A stretch of DNA of 22,295 bases from Gemmatimonadota bacterium (lineage in GTDB: Bacteria > Gemmatimonadota > Gemmatimonadetes > Longimicrobiales > RSA9). The notes under the pieces were generated by a model. The model ran no database searches and was not told the origin of the DNA. It was given only the letters and a program-made list of their open reading frames with translations. The position numbers and the translations under genes are program-made. The DNA is taken from positions 1-22,295 of the forward strand of contig JBBDRO010000015.1 in the NCBI GenBank assembly GCA_040905425.1. Direction: 5' to 3'. Shown in pieces: positions 1-8,083 of the stretch. Each line of letters begins with the position of its first letter. Position 1 is the first letter of the stretch.

Positions 1-463
1 CGGGGCTATCGTTGACTCCGTCCCCTACCATGAGAACGAGGGCGCCATGCTCCTGGAATTCGCGAATGGCGGCCACCTTGTCCTTGGGCAGGAGACCGGC
101 CCGGATCTCATCAACCCCGGGCTGACCGAGTTCGCGAGCCACCGATCGAGCCGTTGCTTCGTTGTCGCCGGTGAGCATCACGACACGCTCGATGCCTGCC
201 TCGTGCAGTGCGCGGAACGCCCCGGCCGCCTGTGAGCGGGTGCGGTCTGCAAGGGCGAGCACACCACGAACCTCAGGATGGTCTTCGGCCCCTTCAGCAA
301 CGCCGACCAGCATGACGGTGCGTCCGACGAGATGGAATCAGTCGAGAACGGATAGCGCCTCGTCATCCAGTGCGCCCAACTCGCGGAACATGCGCTCACT
401 GCCAACGTGGACGCGCTGACCGCCGACAGTCGCCACGACCCCGCGGCCGACCTTGGCCGACAT
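1..463 (-). pseudogene. Remnant of a heavy-metal P1B-type ATPase (N/P-domain part only), 5'-truncated, with an in-frame stop; runs off the left edge
   Basis: Not in the ORF track. Manual translation from 463 gives MSAKVGRGVVATVGGQRVHVGSERMF...VLD*(TGA at 340-338)...GVLALADRTR...GIERVVMLTGDNEATARSVARELG...IRAGLLPKDKVAAIREFQ...VLMVGDGVNDSP. GxGV, TGDN, LLPxxK and MVGDGVND are P1B-ATPase motifs. There is no room for the membrane domain or DKTGT before the czcA stop at 500. Confidence 0.88.
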
Positions 464-499
464 TGATTCCATCCGTTGGTGTTGATGCCCATAACGGGT

Positions 500-3400
500 T
501 CACCCCACCTGAACTGACGTGGTCCTGCTCGCGTCGCTCCTGACCCGGCCCTTCCGGTCGCGCCGCCGCTCCATCCACGCGTACAGCGTCGGGAGCACGA
601 GGAGTGTGAGCAGAGTGGACGTGACCAGGCCGCCGATCACGACGGTGGCGAGCGGGCGCTGAACCTCGGCGCCGACGCCCTGCGAAACGGCGACAGGGAT
701 GAAGCCGATCGATGCCACGAGCGCGGTCATGAGCACCGGGCGGAGCCGTTCCCGGGCGCCTGCCAGCGCGGCCTCGTCAGCGCCGGCTCCCTCCTGCCGG
801 AGCCGTTGCACGGTGGTGAGGAGCACGAGCCCGTTCAGCACCGCGACGCCGAACAGCGCGATGAAGCCAATGGATGCCGAGACACTCAGGTGCAGATCCC
901 GTAGCCAGAGCGCGACGACGCCGCCGACCGCCGCGAACGGCAGGTTCGTGAGCACCAGTAGCGCGAGCGGCCACGACTGCAGGGATCCGTAGAGCAGGAG
1001 CGCGATCAGCAGGATCGAGAGTGGCACGACGATGCGCAGGCGCCGCATCGCACGCTCCTGGTTCTCGAACTGGCCGCCGTAGCCCAGGAAGACTCCCGCC
1101 GGAAGCTCGACGCCCGTCTCGATTGCGTCCTGCACGTCGGCCACGTAGCCGCCGAGGTCGCGGCCCTCCACGTCAGCCTGCACGATGACGAGCCGCTGGG
1201 CCTGCTCTCTGCTCACCTGAACGGGCCCCGTCTCCATGCGGATGTCGGCGAGTTCGTTCAGGGCGATCAGCGCGCCGGTAGCGCTCGGCACCGTAATGCC
1301 ACGAATCGCCTCGGCAGAGGAGCGGACATGCTTCGGATATAGAACCGCAATCGGGATCGTGTATGCGCCATCGACGGCCTCGGCAACGGTGCCCCCGCCC
1401 AGCGCCACTTCCAGCGCTTCCTGCACCTCCGCTACGGGAATGCCATAGCGCGCGAGTGCCGAACGGTCCATTCGCACAGTCAGGTACCCCTGCCCTGTTG
1501 TCTGCTCGACCTGCACTTCAGCCGTGCCCTGAACGTCCCGGATCGCGCCAGCGACTTCCTGCGCCACTCGGAGATTCTGCTCCGGATCGTCACCGAACAC
1601 CTTCACGGCCAGGTCGCTCCGGACACCGCTGATCAATTCGTCGAGCCGCATCTTCATCGGCTGGGTGAATGCGAAAGCGACGCCGGGCACTTCCGCCTCC
1701 AGCCGCTCGCGGAGCTCGGCTTCGAGGTCGGTCTTCGTAAGACCATCCCGCCACTCGTCCCCGTCATTCAGCATGACGAAGACGTCGGACTGGTTGATGC
1801 CCATCGGGTCGCTCCCGACGTCGGGCCGCCCGACACGACTGACGACGGTGCTCACCTCCGGCGTCCGCTTCACCACCTCCTCAACGCGGGCCGCCACCTC
1901 CATCGAATGCGTGAGCGAAATGTTCGGGTCCCGGGTAGGCTGGATCAGAATCGATCCTTCGTCCAGCTCCGGCAGGAACTCGGTCCCGAGCCGCGGGACC
2001 AGAAGGGCCGCGCCCGCGAAGACGAGGAGCGCAACAGCGATCGTTCGCGCCGGATGCGCCATCGTCGCGCGGAGCGCTGGCGCGTACCGGCTATCCAGCC
2101 ACTCCGCCAGGCGAACGGCGTAGGCGGATTCGCGGGCGCCGCTTCGGAACAGGAAGGTGGCGGCCGCGGGGATGAACAGGAGCGCGAGCAGGAGACTCCC
2201 GAACAGCGCCATTCCGACGGTGAGTGCCATCGGCCGGAAGAGCCGCCCCTCGAGCCCCTGGAGCGTAAGGATCGGCACGTAGACCAGCATGATGATGAGC
2301 ACACCGAAGCCGATCGGTCTGCCGACTTCGCGACCCACGGCAGACAAGCGGGCGAACAGCGCGGAGCGTGAGTTCGGAAAGCGGGAAGCCTCCTCGTCTT
2401 CGTGCAGTCGCTTGACGTAGTTCTCGGCCATGACTACAGAGCCGTCCACAATCATGCCGAAGTCGATGGCGCCGAGGCTCATCAGGTTGGCCGAAAGCCC
2501 CAGCCAACGCATGCCGATCATCGCAAACAGGAGCGAGAGCGGAATCGTGGCGGCAACGATCAGTGCCGCACGCAGGTTGCCAAGGAACAGGAGCAGGATG
2601 GCGATTACGAGAAAGCCGCCGAGGAGCAGGTTCTCTCGGATCGTGTGCAGTGTCCCCTCGACCAGGTCCGTCTGGTCGTAATACGGCGAGAGGCTCACCC
2701 CCTCCGGCAGAGAGCGATTGATCTGCTCCACCTTCTCTCGCACCCGTCGCACGACTTCCCGGCTGTTCTCACCGCGGAGCATCATCACGATGCCGCTCAT
2801 GACCTCGCCCTGCGCATCGCGGCTAACGGCACCCTGCCGCACCTCAGGGCCGTAGCGCACCTCTGCCACGTCGCCGAGCACGACCGGAACCCCGCGCGCG
2901 CTCGACCTGATCACCGTCCGGCGGAGATCGTCAGGGTCACCCGCCTGGCCGATGCCGCGCAGGATGAGTTGCTGGTCACCCGTCTCCAGGTAGGCACCCG
3001 CCGGCGTGCGGCTGTTCGCCTCGACGGCTTCGATCACGTCGTGAAGCGTCAGGCCGTACCCTGTCAGGCGCTCGGGTGAAACGATCACCTGCATCTGCCG
3101 CACCTGACCGCCGAAGGCGTTGATCTCTGTCACGCCTCGCACAGCGCGAAGCTGGGGCTTGATGATCCGATCATGGAGCGTGCGAAGCTCCATGAGGTCC
3201 AGGCCGCCGCCTTCCACGGTGTAGAGGTAGATCTCGCTGGTGGCACCTGCGAGCGGCCCGAGCTCCGCCTCAGTTCCCGGTGGCAGCTCTTCACGGACCC
3301 CCTGGAGTCGTTCCGAAACGAGCGTGCGGGCGAAGTACAGATCGGTTCCATCCTCGAACACCACCGTGGCAATGGCAAAGCCGTACTTGCTCGTCGATCG

Positions 3401-3646
3401 GATCTCCGCGACCCCCGGCAGTCCGTTCATGGCGACTTCGATCGGGAACGCCACCAGCCGCTCGACCTCGACCGGGGAGAGCCCCGGTGCCTCCGCGAGC
3501 ACCTGCACCTGCACATTCGTGAGATCGGGGAACGCGTCGATGCGGAGCGTACGCATCGCCCAGAGGCCGCCGGCGACCAGTACTCCGACCAGGAACAGCA
3601 CAGTCCAGCGGTTGGCTACCGCCCATTGGATCATTCGATCGATCAT
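500..3646 (-). CDS. czcA: CusA/CzcA-family heavy-metal efflux RND permease
   Basis: 1048 aa; N-terminal IDAFPDLTNVQVQV, TM4 motif AIDFGMIVDGSVVMAEN, GTEFLPELDEG, C-terminal RLRPVLMTALVASIGFIP...GAEVQRPLATVVIGG. Confidence 0.96.
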   Translation of the reverse strand: MIDRMIQWAVANRWTVLFLVGVLVAGGLWAMRTLRIDAFPDLTNVQVQVLAEAPGLSPVEVERLVAFPIEVAMNGLPGVAEIRSTSKYGFAIATVVFEDGTDLYFARTLVSERLQGVREELPPGTEAELGPLAGATSEIYLYTVEGGGLDLMELRTLHDRIIKPQLRAVRGVTEINAFGGQVRQMQVIVSPERLTGYGLTLHDVIEAVEANSRTPAGAYLETGDQQLILRGIGQAGDPDDLRRTVIRSSARGVPVVLGDVAEVRYGPEVRQGAVSRDAQGEVMSGIVMMLRGENSREVVRRVREKVEQINRSLPEGVSLSPYYDQTDLVEGTLHTIRENLLLGGFLVIAILLLFLGNLRAALIVAATIPLSLLFAMIGMRWLGLSANLMSLGAIDFGMIVDGSVVMAENYVKRLHEDEEASRFPNSRSALFARLSAVGREVGRPIGFGVLIIMLVYVPILTLQGLEGRLFRPMALTVGMALFGSLLLALLFIPAAATFLFRSGARESAYAVRLAEWLDSRYAPALRATMAHPARTIAVALLVFAGAALLVPRLGTEFLPELDEGSILIQPTRDPNISLTHSMEVAARVEEVVKRTPEVSTVVSRVGRPDVGSDPMGINQSDVFVMLNDGDEWRDGLTKTDLEAELRERLEAEVPGVAFAFTQPMKMRLDELISGVRSDLAVKVFGDDPEQNLRVAQEVAGAIRDVQGTAEVQVEQTTGQGYLTVRMDRSALARYGIPVAEVQEALEVALGGGTVAEAVDGAYTIPIAVLYPKHVRSSAEAIRGITVPSATGALIALNELADIRMETGPVQVSREQAQRLVIVQADVEGRDLGGYVADVQDAIETGVELPAGVFLGYGGQFENQERAMRRLRIVVPLSILLIALLLYGSLQSWPLALLVLTNLPFAAVGGVVALWLRDLHLSVSASIGFIALFGVAVLNGLVLLTTVQRLRQEGAGADEAALAGARERLRPVLMTALVASIGFIPVAVSQGVGAEVQRPLATVVIGGLVTSTLLTLLVLPTLYAWMERRRDRKGRVRSDASRTTSVQVG

Positions 3647-3654
3647 TCGGCGCC

Positions 3655-4845
3655 TCAGTGAGCGTGGCCGCCGAACTCGGCCTTGCCGAGCTCCGACTGC
3701 AGAGTGAATGCTCCGCGGATTACGATGCGCTCGCCGGCCGCGATTCCGGACCGGATCAGGAGCTCGCCACCACCGAGCGGCGCCACATCCACCGTGCGCC
3801 GCTCGAACGTGCGGGGGGCCACCTCCACGAAGACGTAGCGTTCCGCCCCGTCCGTCACGACAGCGCTCTCCGGGATCACCGGCCGCATCTCACGCGGCGC
3901 CGCGGCACCAGCCGAGAGCGCTACTGATGCGAACATCCCCGGGCGCAGAAGACGACGCGGGTTAGGCACCCGTATGACCGCGCGAGCCGTGCGGGTGGAC
4001 GGGTCCAGCTCCTCGCGAATACGGTCCACGGTCCCCTGGACACGCTCGTCCGGGTACGCAGAGAGCCGCACGTCTGCCGTCTGTCCGCGGCGGAGGGTCG
4101 AGAGCGCGCGCTCCGGCACTTCGGCCACCACATTCACTACCGAGAGGTCCGCCACCGTATAGATCGGGGACCCGGCCTCAACGGCGGCGCCGGTGATGGA
4201 ATGCGCCTCGACAATGCTCCCGCCGATCGGCGATCCAATCGGGAGCAGATCCAGCGGATCGCCGCCACCCGCGAGGCGCTCGACGAGCGCGTCGGTGGCA
4301 CCGAGAAGTCTGAGCCGGCGCCGCGCGGCTTCGGCCAATGCGCGCGCCCCTTCCTCGTCGCCGGTCCCCGCTAGCACCTGAGCCCGTCGCACGGACTGCA
4401 GGAAATCATTCTGCGCCGTGAGGAAGGCTGAGCTGAGCACGTACGCGAGCGGCTGACCGGCACGGACCTGGTCGCCCTCAACCGCGGTCAGGCGTTCAAT
4501 CCGCCCTCCGGTCCGGGGAGAGACGAGCACGACTCTGGAGGGATCGAACTCCACCTGCCCCGGAACGGCCGCTCCCGAGGGTTCGCCGGAGACCTCGCGA
4601 GCCGCGACTTCCGCCACTTCGATGCCGGCGTTGCGTATGGCGGCCTCGGTGAGTTCGACGCGGCCGTCCGCGCCGTCCTCATCCGCGTGCTCATCACCAT
4701 GTTCGTCGTGCTGTTCCTCGCCCGCGGCGAGCGACGGAGCCTCGTCGTCCGAGCACGCGCCCATCGAGAACGCCAGCAGTGCCAACGCGATGTGGCCGAG
4801 GCGCCGCCGAGATGTAATCAGAATGTTCTGTGTCATTGTAATCAC
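3655..4845 (-). CDS. czcB: RND periplasmic adaptor (membrane fusion protein), CzcB/CusB-like, probable lipoprotein
   Basis: 396 aa; hydrophobic N-terminus with lipobox-like MGAC, His/acidic tract EEQHDEHGDEHADED, GRIERLTAVEGDQVRAGQPL, LDPSTRTARA...LRPGMF. GTG start overlaps the upstream TGA; an ATG at 4836 is an alternative start. Confidence 0.93.
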   Translation of the reverse strand: MITMTQNILITSRRRLGHIALALLAFSMGACSDDEAPSLAAGEEQHDEHGDEHADEDGADGRVELTEAAIRNAGIEVAEVAAREVSGEPSGAAVPGQVEFDPSRVVLVSPRTGGRIERLTAVEGDQVRAGQPLAYVLSSAFLTAQNDFLQSVRRAQVLAGTGDEEGARALAEAARRRLRLLGATDALVERLAGGGDPLDLLPIGSPIGGSIVEAHSITGAAVEAGSPIYTVADLSVVNVVAEVPERALSTLRRGQTADVRLSAYPDERVQGTVDRIREELDPSTRTARAVIRVPNPRRLLRPGMFASVALSAGAAAPREMRPVIPESAVVTDGAERYVFVEVAPRTFERRTVDVAPLGGGELLIRSGIAAGERIVIRGAFTLQSELGKAEFGGHAH

Positions 4846-6158
4846 CGGCCGCCTGACGAGGCGGCGATCAGGTTAGCGAAAGCCTCCGCCGCCTGGGCGC
4901 GGGCACGCAGACGTTCGATTTCGGCGCGTGCAAGTGCACGCTCGAAATCGAGCAATTCAATCAGGGAAAGGTTGCCGGTGCGATAGGCGGCAAGCGCGCT
5001 CTCCCGCTCTTCTCGCGCGCCACGGAGGAGGGTGGCATCGAACTCAGCCAGACGTTCACGCGCCGCCTCGTAGCGGACCAGCGATCCGGCGAGACTTGCA
5101 CGGACCGTGGCGACGACCGCCGCGCGCGCCGCACGGGCGGCTTCCAGCTGCCGCTCCGCCGCGAGCTCAGCGGATTCGTTTGCATGGCGGCGGGTAAACG
5201 GTAGTGAGACGGACGCGCCGAGAACCGGGCCGAATCGGCTGTTGCCGCTTTCACCTACGGTGCGCTGGGCTCCCACAGAGGCCGCAAGCCGCGGCCGTTG
5301 CTCGGCCCGAACGACATCCAGCGTGGCGCGCGCGCGTTGAACGGTGGCTTCGGCCATTCGCACGTCGCCCGAGAGCGCCAGCAGAGAATCAAGCGAGGGG
5401 ACGGGCGGGAGCGGCTCCTCCCAGCGAGCCGATGTCGCCGTTAGCGAATCCAGTGTGCTTGCGATCAGGGGCGCGACATCGGGACCGCCAAGACCCAGAA
5501 GCGCCTCGCGAGCGACGCGCGCATCGGCGACGGCGTCGGCTCGATCGGTCTGAATGCGAAGCCGTTCTGTTCGGAGCCGGAGCACGTCCACGTACCGAGC
5601 CTCCCCAACACTGAAACGCGCACGGAGGGACCCTTCCGCAGAGAACAGGAGCGAGTCCTCACCTGCGAGCCGTCGTGCCGTACCTTTGGCCGTCCACAAT
5701 CGCGTGAGTTCCTGTACGACGCGCGCTTCGAGCCGCCGGCCCGCCGCCTGTAGACTCGCCTCTGCCGCGGCAACGTCCGCCGCCGCAAGTGCACGCGCGG
5801 CAGTACTCCGGCCGCCAGTGAGGAACTCGCGTCCGAGCTCGACGCGTATGGCAGCGCCACCGATGTCGTAGCCATTCGGCACATCCTCGATCTCGCCGGA
5901 AAGCACGACCGGACCTGCATAACCAGCGGCGGCAGCGCGGGCGCGAGCGCTCTCCAGTTCCGCACGCAGTGCCTGAAGCTCCGGGCTCGAGCGGGTAATG
6001 GTCCCGCTCAGGACGTCGTGCCCCAGCGCGGCCGCCGCCCCGCTCTCCTGTGCGGCCGCACGTGTTGCGAACGTGCTGGAACAGATCACGACGATGCAGG
6101 CGGCCGCACGAGCGGCGCACGTCGCGTAACGTCTTGTTGGTTCGTACGTGTCTCTCAT
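4842..6158 (-). CDS. czcC: TolC-family outer membrane efflux protein, CzcC-like
   Basis: Ala/Arg-rich helical repeats with RARFSVGEARYVDVL and AAYRTGNLSLIELLDFER; first gene of a C-B-A array. Start uncertain: ATG at 6158 gives a signal peptide ending in AAAQ, while the ORF extends to a GTG at 6266. Confidence 0.88.
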   Translation of the reverse strand: MRDTYEPTRRYATCAARAAACIVVICSSTFATRAAAQESGAAAALGHDVLSGTITRSSPELQALRAELESARARAAAAGYAGPVVLSGEIEDVPNGYDIGGAAIRVELGREFLTGGRSTAARALAAADVAAAEASLQAAGRRLEARVVQELTRLWTAKGTARRLAGEDSLLFSAEGSLRARFSVGEARYVDVLRLRTERLRIQTDRADAVADARVAREALLGLGGPDVAPLIASTLDSLTATSARWEEPLPPVPSLDSLLALSGDVRMAEATVQRARATLDVVRAEQRPRLAASVGAQRTVGESGNSRFGPVLGASVSLPFTRRHANESAELAAERQLEAARAARAAVVATVRASLAGSLVRYEAARERLAEFDATLLRGAREERESALAAYRTGNLSLIELLDFERALARAEIERLRARAQAAEAFANLIAASSGGR

Positions 6159-6262
6159 GATCCCAATGGGTACGTGCACCCTCGCCTGCCACGAGGACAC
6201 GTGGCGGCCGGGTCGCTGATCGGATGTAGCAGGCGGCGCGGACGAAATGCCCCCGCGTGAGG

Positions 6263-6595
6263 TCACGCCAGAGGTGGTCGCAGGGCGGGTGCGGGGGCAG
6301 GCGAAGGAATGAGGCGTTCCCGCAGAAGCGATGCGTCGCCCTCCGCGGTGGCGGCGAAGGACGCCAGGGAGAACGAAGGTGGCTCAGCCGGTTGAGCGCC
6401 GGCGCAGGCGCACGCACAGAGACACGCGCAGTCCTCGCTCTCGGCGTCCGTGTCCTCGTCAGCTGCGTCCGGGGTAGCGGTTACGTCAACAAGGAGGTGC
6501 GCGTCGGGCGCTACGTCGGGATGCTCGCCCCACAATACTTCCGTAGAGGAGATCGACAGCGTGAGCACGAGGAGCAGAGACAGGAGCCGCCGCAC
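6263..6595 (-). CDS. Small exported Cys-rich protein with C-terminal Pro-rich/RPP end (CzcI/DUF2946-like)
   Basis: From GTG 6595 (AAGGTGG upstream, 2 nt after the regulator stop): MRRLLSLLLVLTLSISSTE (signal-like), acidic tract, CACLCACAC, ending PSPAPAPALRPPLA. Confidence 0.72.
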   Translation of the reverse strand: MRRLLSLLLVLTLSISSTEVLWGEHPDVAPDAHLLVDVTATPDAADEDTDAESEDCACLCACACAGAQPAEPPSFSLASFAATAEGDASLLRERLIPSPAPAPALRPPLA

Positions 6596-6597
6596 GA

Positions 6598-6963
6598 TCA
6601 GGCCACCTTTCGACCGCCGCAGTGCGGACATGTAGCTGTCGCATCGGCGAGTCCGCCGAGCAGATCGTCGGCCGCGCCGAGTAGCTTCTCAACGCGTGTC
6701 CCGCCGAGGCGATAGAAAACGTGGCGACCGCGTTGCTCCCGTTCCACCAGTCCGCATCCGAGCAGGCACGCCAGGTGATTCGAGACATTGGATTGCGCCA
6801 AACCCGTTGCTCGCACCAGTTCACCCACGCTCTGCTCGCCACTCCGGAGTGTTTCGAGGATGGCGAGGCGGGATGCGTCCGCTAGCCCGCGGAGCAGTCG
6901 CGTCTTGGCGTCGATGCCGCTCTGCAGGCCGGCGTTGTCCTGGTGAGCGCAAGCCGTGTTCAT
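6598..6963 (-). CDS. ArsR/SmtB-family metal-sensing repressor, CmtR-like
   Basis: LADASRLAILETLRSGEQSVGELVRATGLAQSNVSNHLACLLGCGLVEREQRGRHVFYRL plus C-terminal CPHC. ATG at 6963 is preferred over the longer ORF start at 7116. Confidence 0.92.
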   Translation of the reverse strand: MNTACAHQDNAGLQSGIDAKTRLLRGLADASRLAILETLRSGEQSVGELVRATGLAQSNVSNHLACLLGCGLVEREQRGRHVFYRLGGTRVEKLLGAADDLLGGLADATATCPHCGGRKVA

Positions 6964-6980
6964 ATCAGCGGAAGATGATA
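6963..6980. promoter_or_regulatory. Inverted repeat TATCA-N8-TGATA, likely autoregulatory ArsR operator overlapping a -10-like TATCAT (minus strand) and the start codon
   Basis: tatca gcggaaga tgata at 6963-6980, directly at the regulator's ATG. Confidence 0.6.
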
Positions 6981-7166
6981 CGATCCCGAGTGGTGCGCAA
7001 GACAGGCTGGACGGCCGGTGTTCCGGTCTGCCGGCGTGCTCACCCGTGACCGGCAAGGCCCACGAGCTCGCAGGATCTGGCTGGTCGCTCCGGGATTGTG
7101 TCACACGAGCCGTCACAGATGCGAAGCGATGTGCAGGCAGAGCAACAACTTACACCCTGAAGCCCA

Positions 7167-7194
7167 GAGGGTTCGAGTCCCTCCACCTCCGCTA
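7167..7194 (+). mobile_element. 3' fragment of a tRNA (Ser-like): probable att-site remnant of an integrative element
   Basis: GAGGG-TTCGAGT-CCCTC (perfect T arm) + CACCTCC + G + CTA in place of CCA. No matching 5' acceptor strand, D arm or anticodon arm upstream. Confidence 0.7.
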
Positions 7195-7214
7195 GGCTGG
7201 TTGAAGGACGGTTA

Positions 7215-7244
7215 GCGCCCGCCATCAATCGTGCGGGCGTTCTG
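7215..7244 (+). terminator. GC-rich hairpin downstream of the tRNA fragment, possible weak intrinsic terminator
   Basis: gcgcccgc-catcaatcgt-gcgggcgt followed by only a short T-containing tail (tct). Confidence 0.4.
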
Positions 7245-7249
7245 CATCC

Positions 7250-7269
7250 GGTGGAGGGTCTCGACCCCT
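7250..7269 (-). repeat. Inverted imperfect copy of the tRNA 3' fragment
   Basis: ggtggagggtctcgacccct matches the reverse complement of 7168-7187 (ggtggagggactcgaaccct) at 18 of 20 positions. Confidence 0.8.
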
Positions 7270-7385
7270 TGCGTCTTCGCTACGCGAGCGGCGCGCGCCG
7301 GGCCGGCCTCCGGCGCCAACGCCGCAACACCTTGCGACGATCTGGAACGCTCTGAGTTTTCCGCGCGTCGTCGCGCGGTTGAGCC

Positions 7386-7413
7386 ATTATATTGTATACT
7401 GTATTCAGTATAC
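7386..7413. promoter_or_regulatory. Perfect palindrome GTATACTG-tatt-CAGTATAC (operator-like) next to a minus-strand TATAAT
   Basis: Palindrome at 7394-7413; attata at 7386-7391 reads TATAAT on the minus strand; AT-rich patch in a very GC-rich background. Confidence 0.55.
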
Positions 7414-7590
7414 CGGCGGGCATTTTCGGAACTTCTGTATCGGATGCTGCGCCGAAATACGTTCAGCCCCAAAGGAAAGCGGCTGTATAGCAGTATGAAA
7501 CAGATGTTCTAACACCAGGCGGGGAGTCTCGTTCTTCGAGCACGCCGGCGGATGGTGGTTGCCCCGGACGGGGGCGGGTCGGCCGCGCGC

Positions 7591-8061
7591 CTACTTCAGA
7601 CTCTTCAGCGTGCCGAACATCATGTTGTAGTGCCCCGGATAGAGGCAGACGAAGAAGTAGTCGCCGGCGGGGGGCATCACGAAGGTGATCTCCACGGTGG
7701 CGCCCGGCACGGCCAGGTCACTGTAGGCAATCATGCGGTCGGCGTGCTCGAGGGGGACGTAGCCGGTGTCCTTGGCCTGGAAGGCGGCGGGGCCGAGCAC
7801 GTCGATGTCCGCCTCCTCCTTCACCAGCACGAAGTTGTGCGGCAGCGTGCCGTCGTTGATGTAGCGCACGGTCACACGGGTGCCCTGCCGGGCCGAGATG
7901 TGGTCCGGCTCGAAGGTCATGTTGCTGCCGGTGGTGCGCAGCGTGATGACCGTATCCGGCGCCTCCTGGGCGCTGGCGGCCCCGGCGCCGGCGCCGATGC
8001 CTGGCCCAGGTGCGGCCAGCAGCAGTGCCGCGGTGAACAGGGTGCGGCCGGTGATGCTCAT
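7591..8061 (-). CDS. Periplasmic type-1 blue copper protein (azurin/auracyanin/plastocyanin family)
   Basis: 156 aa from ATG 8061 with GAAGGA RBS; signal peptide; copper ligands in LPHNFVL and CLYPGHYNMM. Confidence 0.92.
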   Translation of the reverse strand: MSITGRTLFTAALLLAAPGPGIGAGAGAASAQEAPDTVITLRTTGSNMTFEPDHISARQGTRVTVRYINDGTLPHNFVLVKEEADIDVLGPAAFQAKDTGYVPLEHADRMIAYSDLAVPGATVEITFVMPPAGDYFFVCLYPGHYNMMFGTLKSLK

Positions 8062-8083
8062 GCGAATACTTCCTTCATCCGGT

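Noticed and set aside
7105..7194. Complete tRNA gene
   Set aside because: Only the T arm and 3' acceptor strand are present; no complementary 5' strand, D arm or anticodon arm at the expected distance.
7483..7503. LexA box (CTGT...ACAG)
   Set aside because: The spacer is 13 nt rather than 8.
7212..7512. ORFs 7212-7472 (-) and 7231-7512 (+)
   Set aside because: No motifs, atypical codon usage, and they run through palindromic and regulatory-looking DNA.
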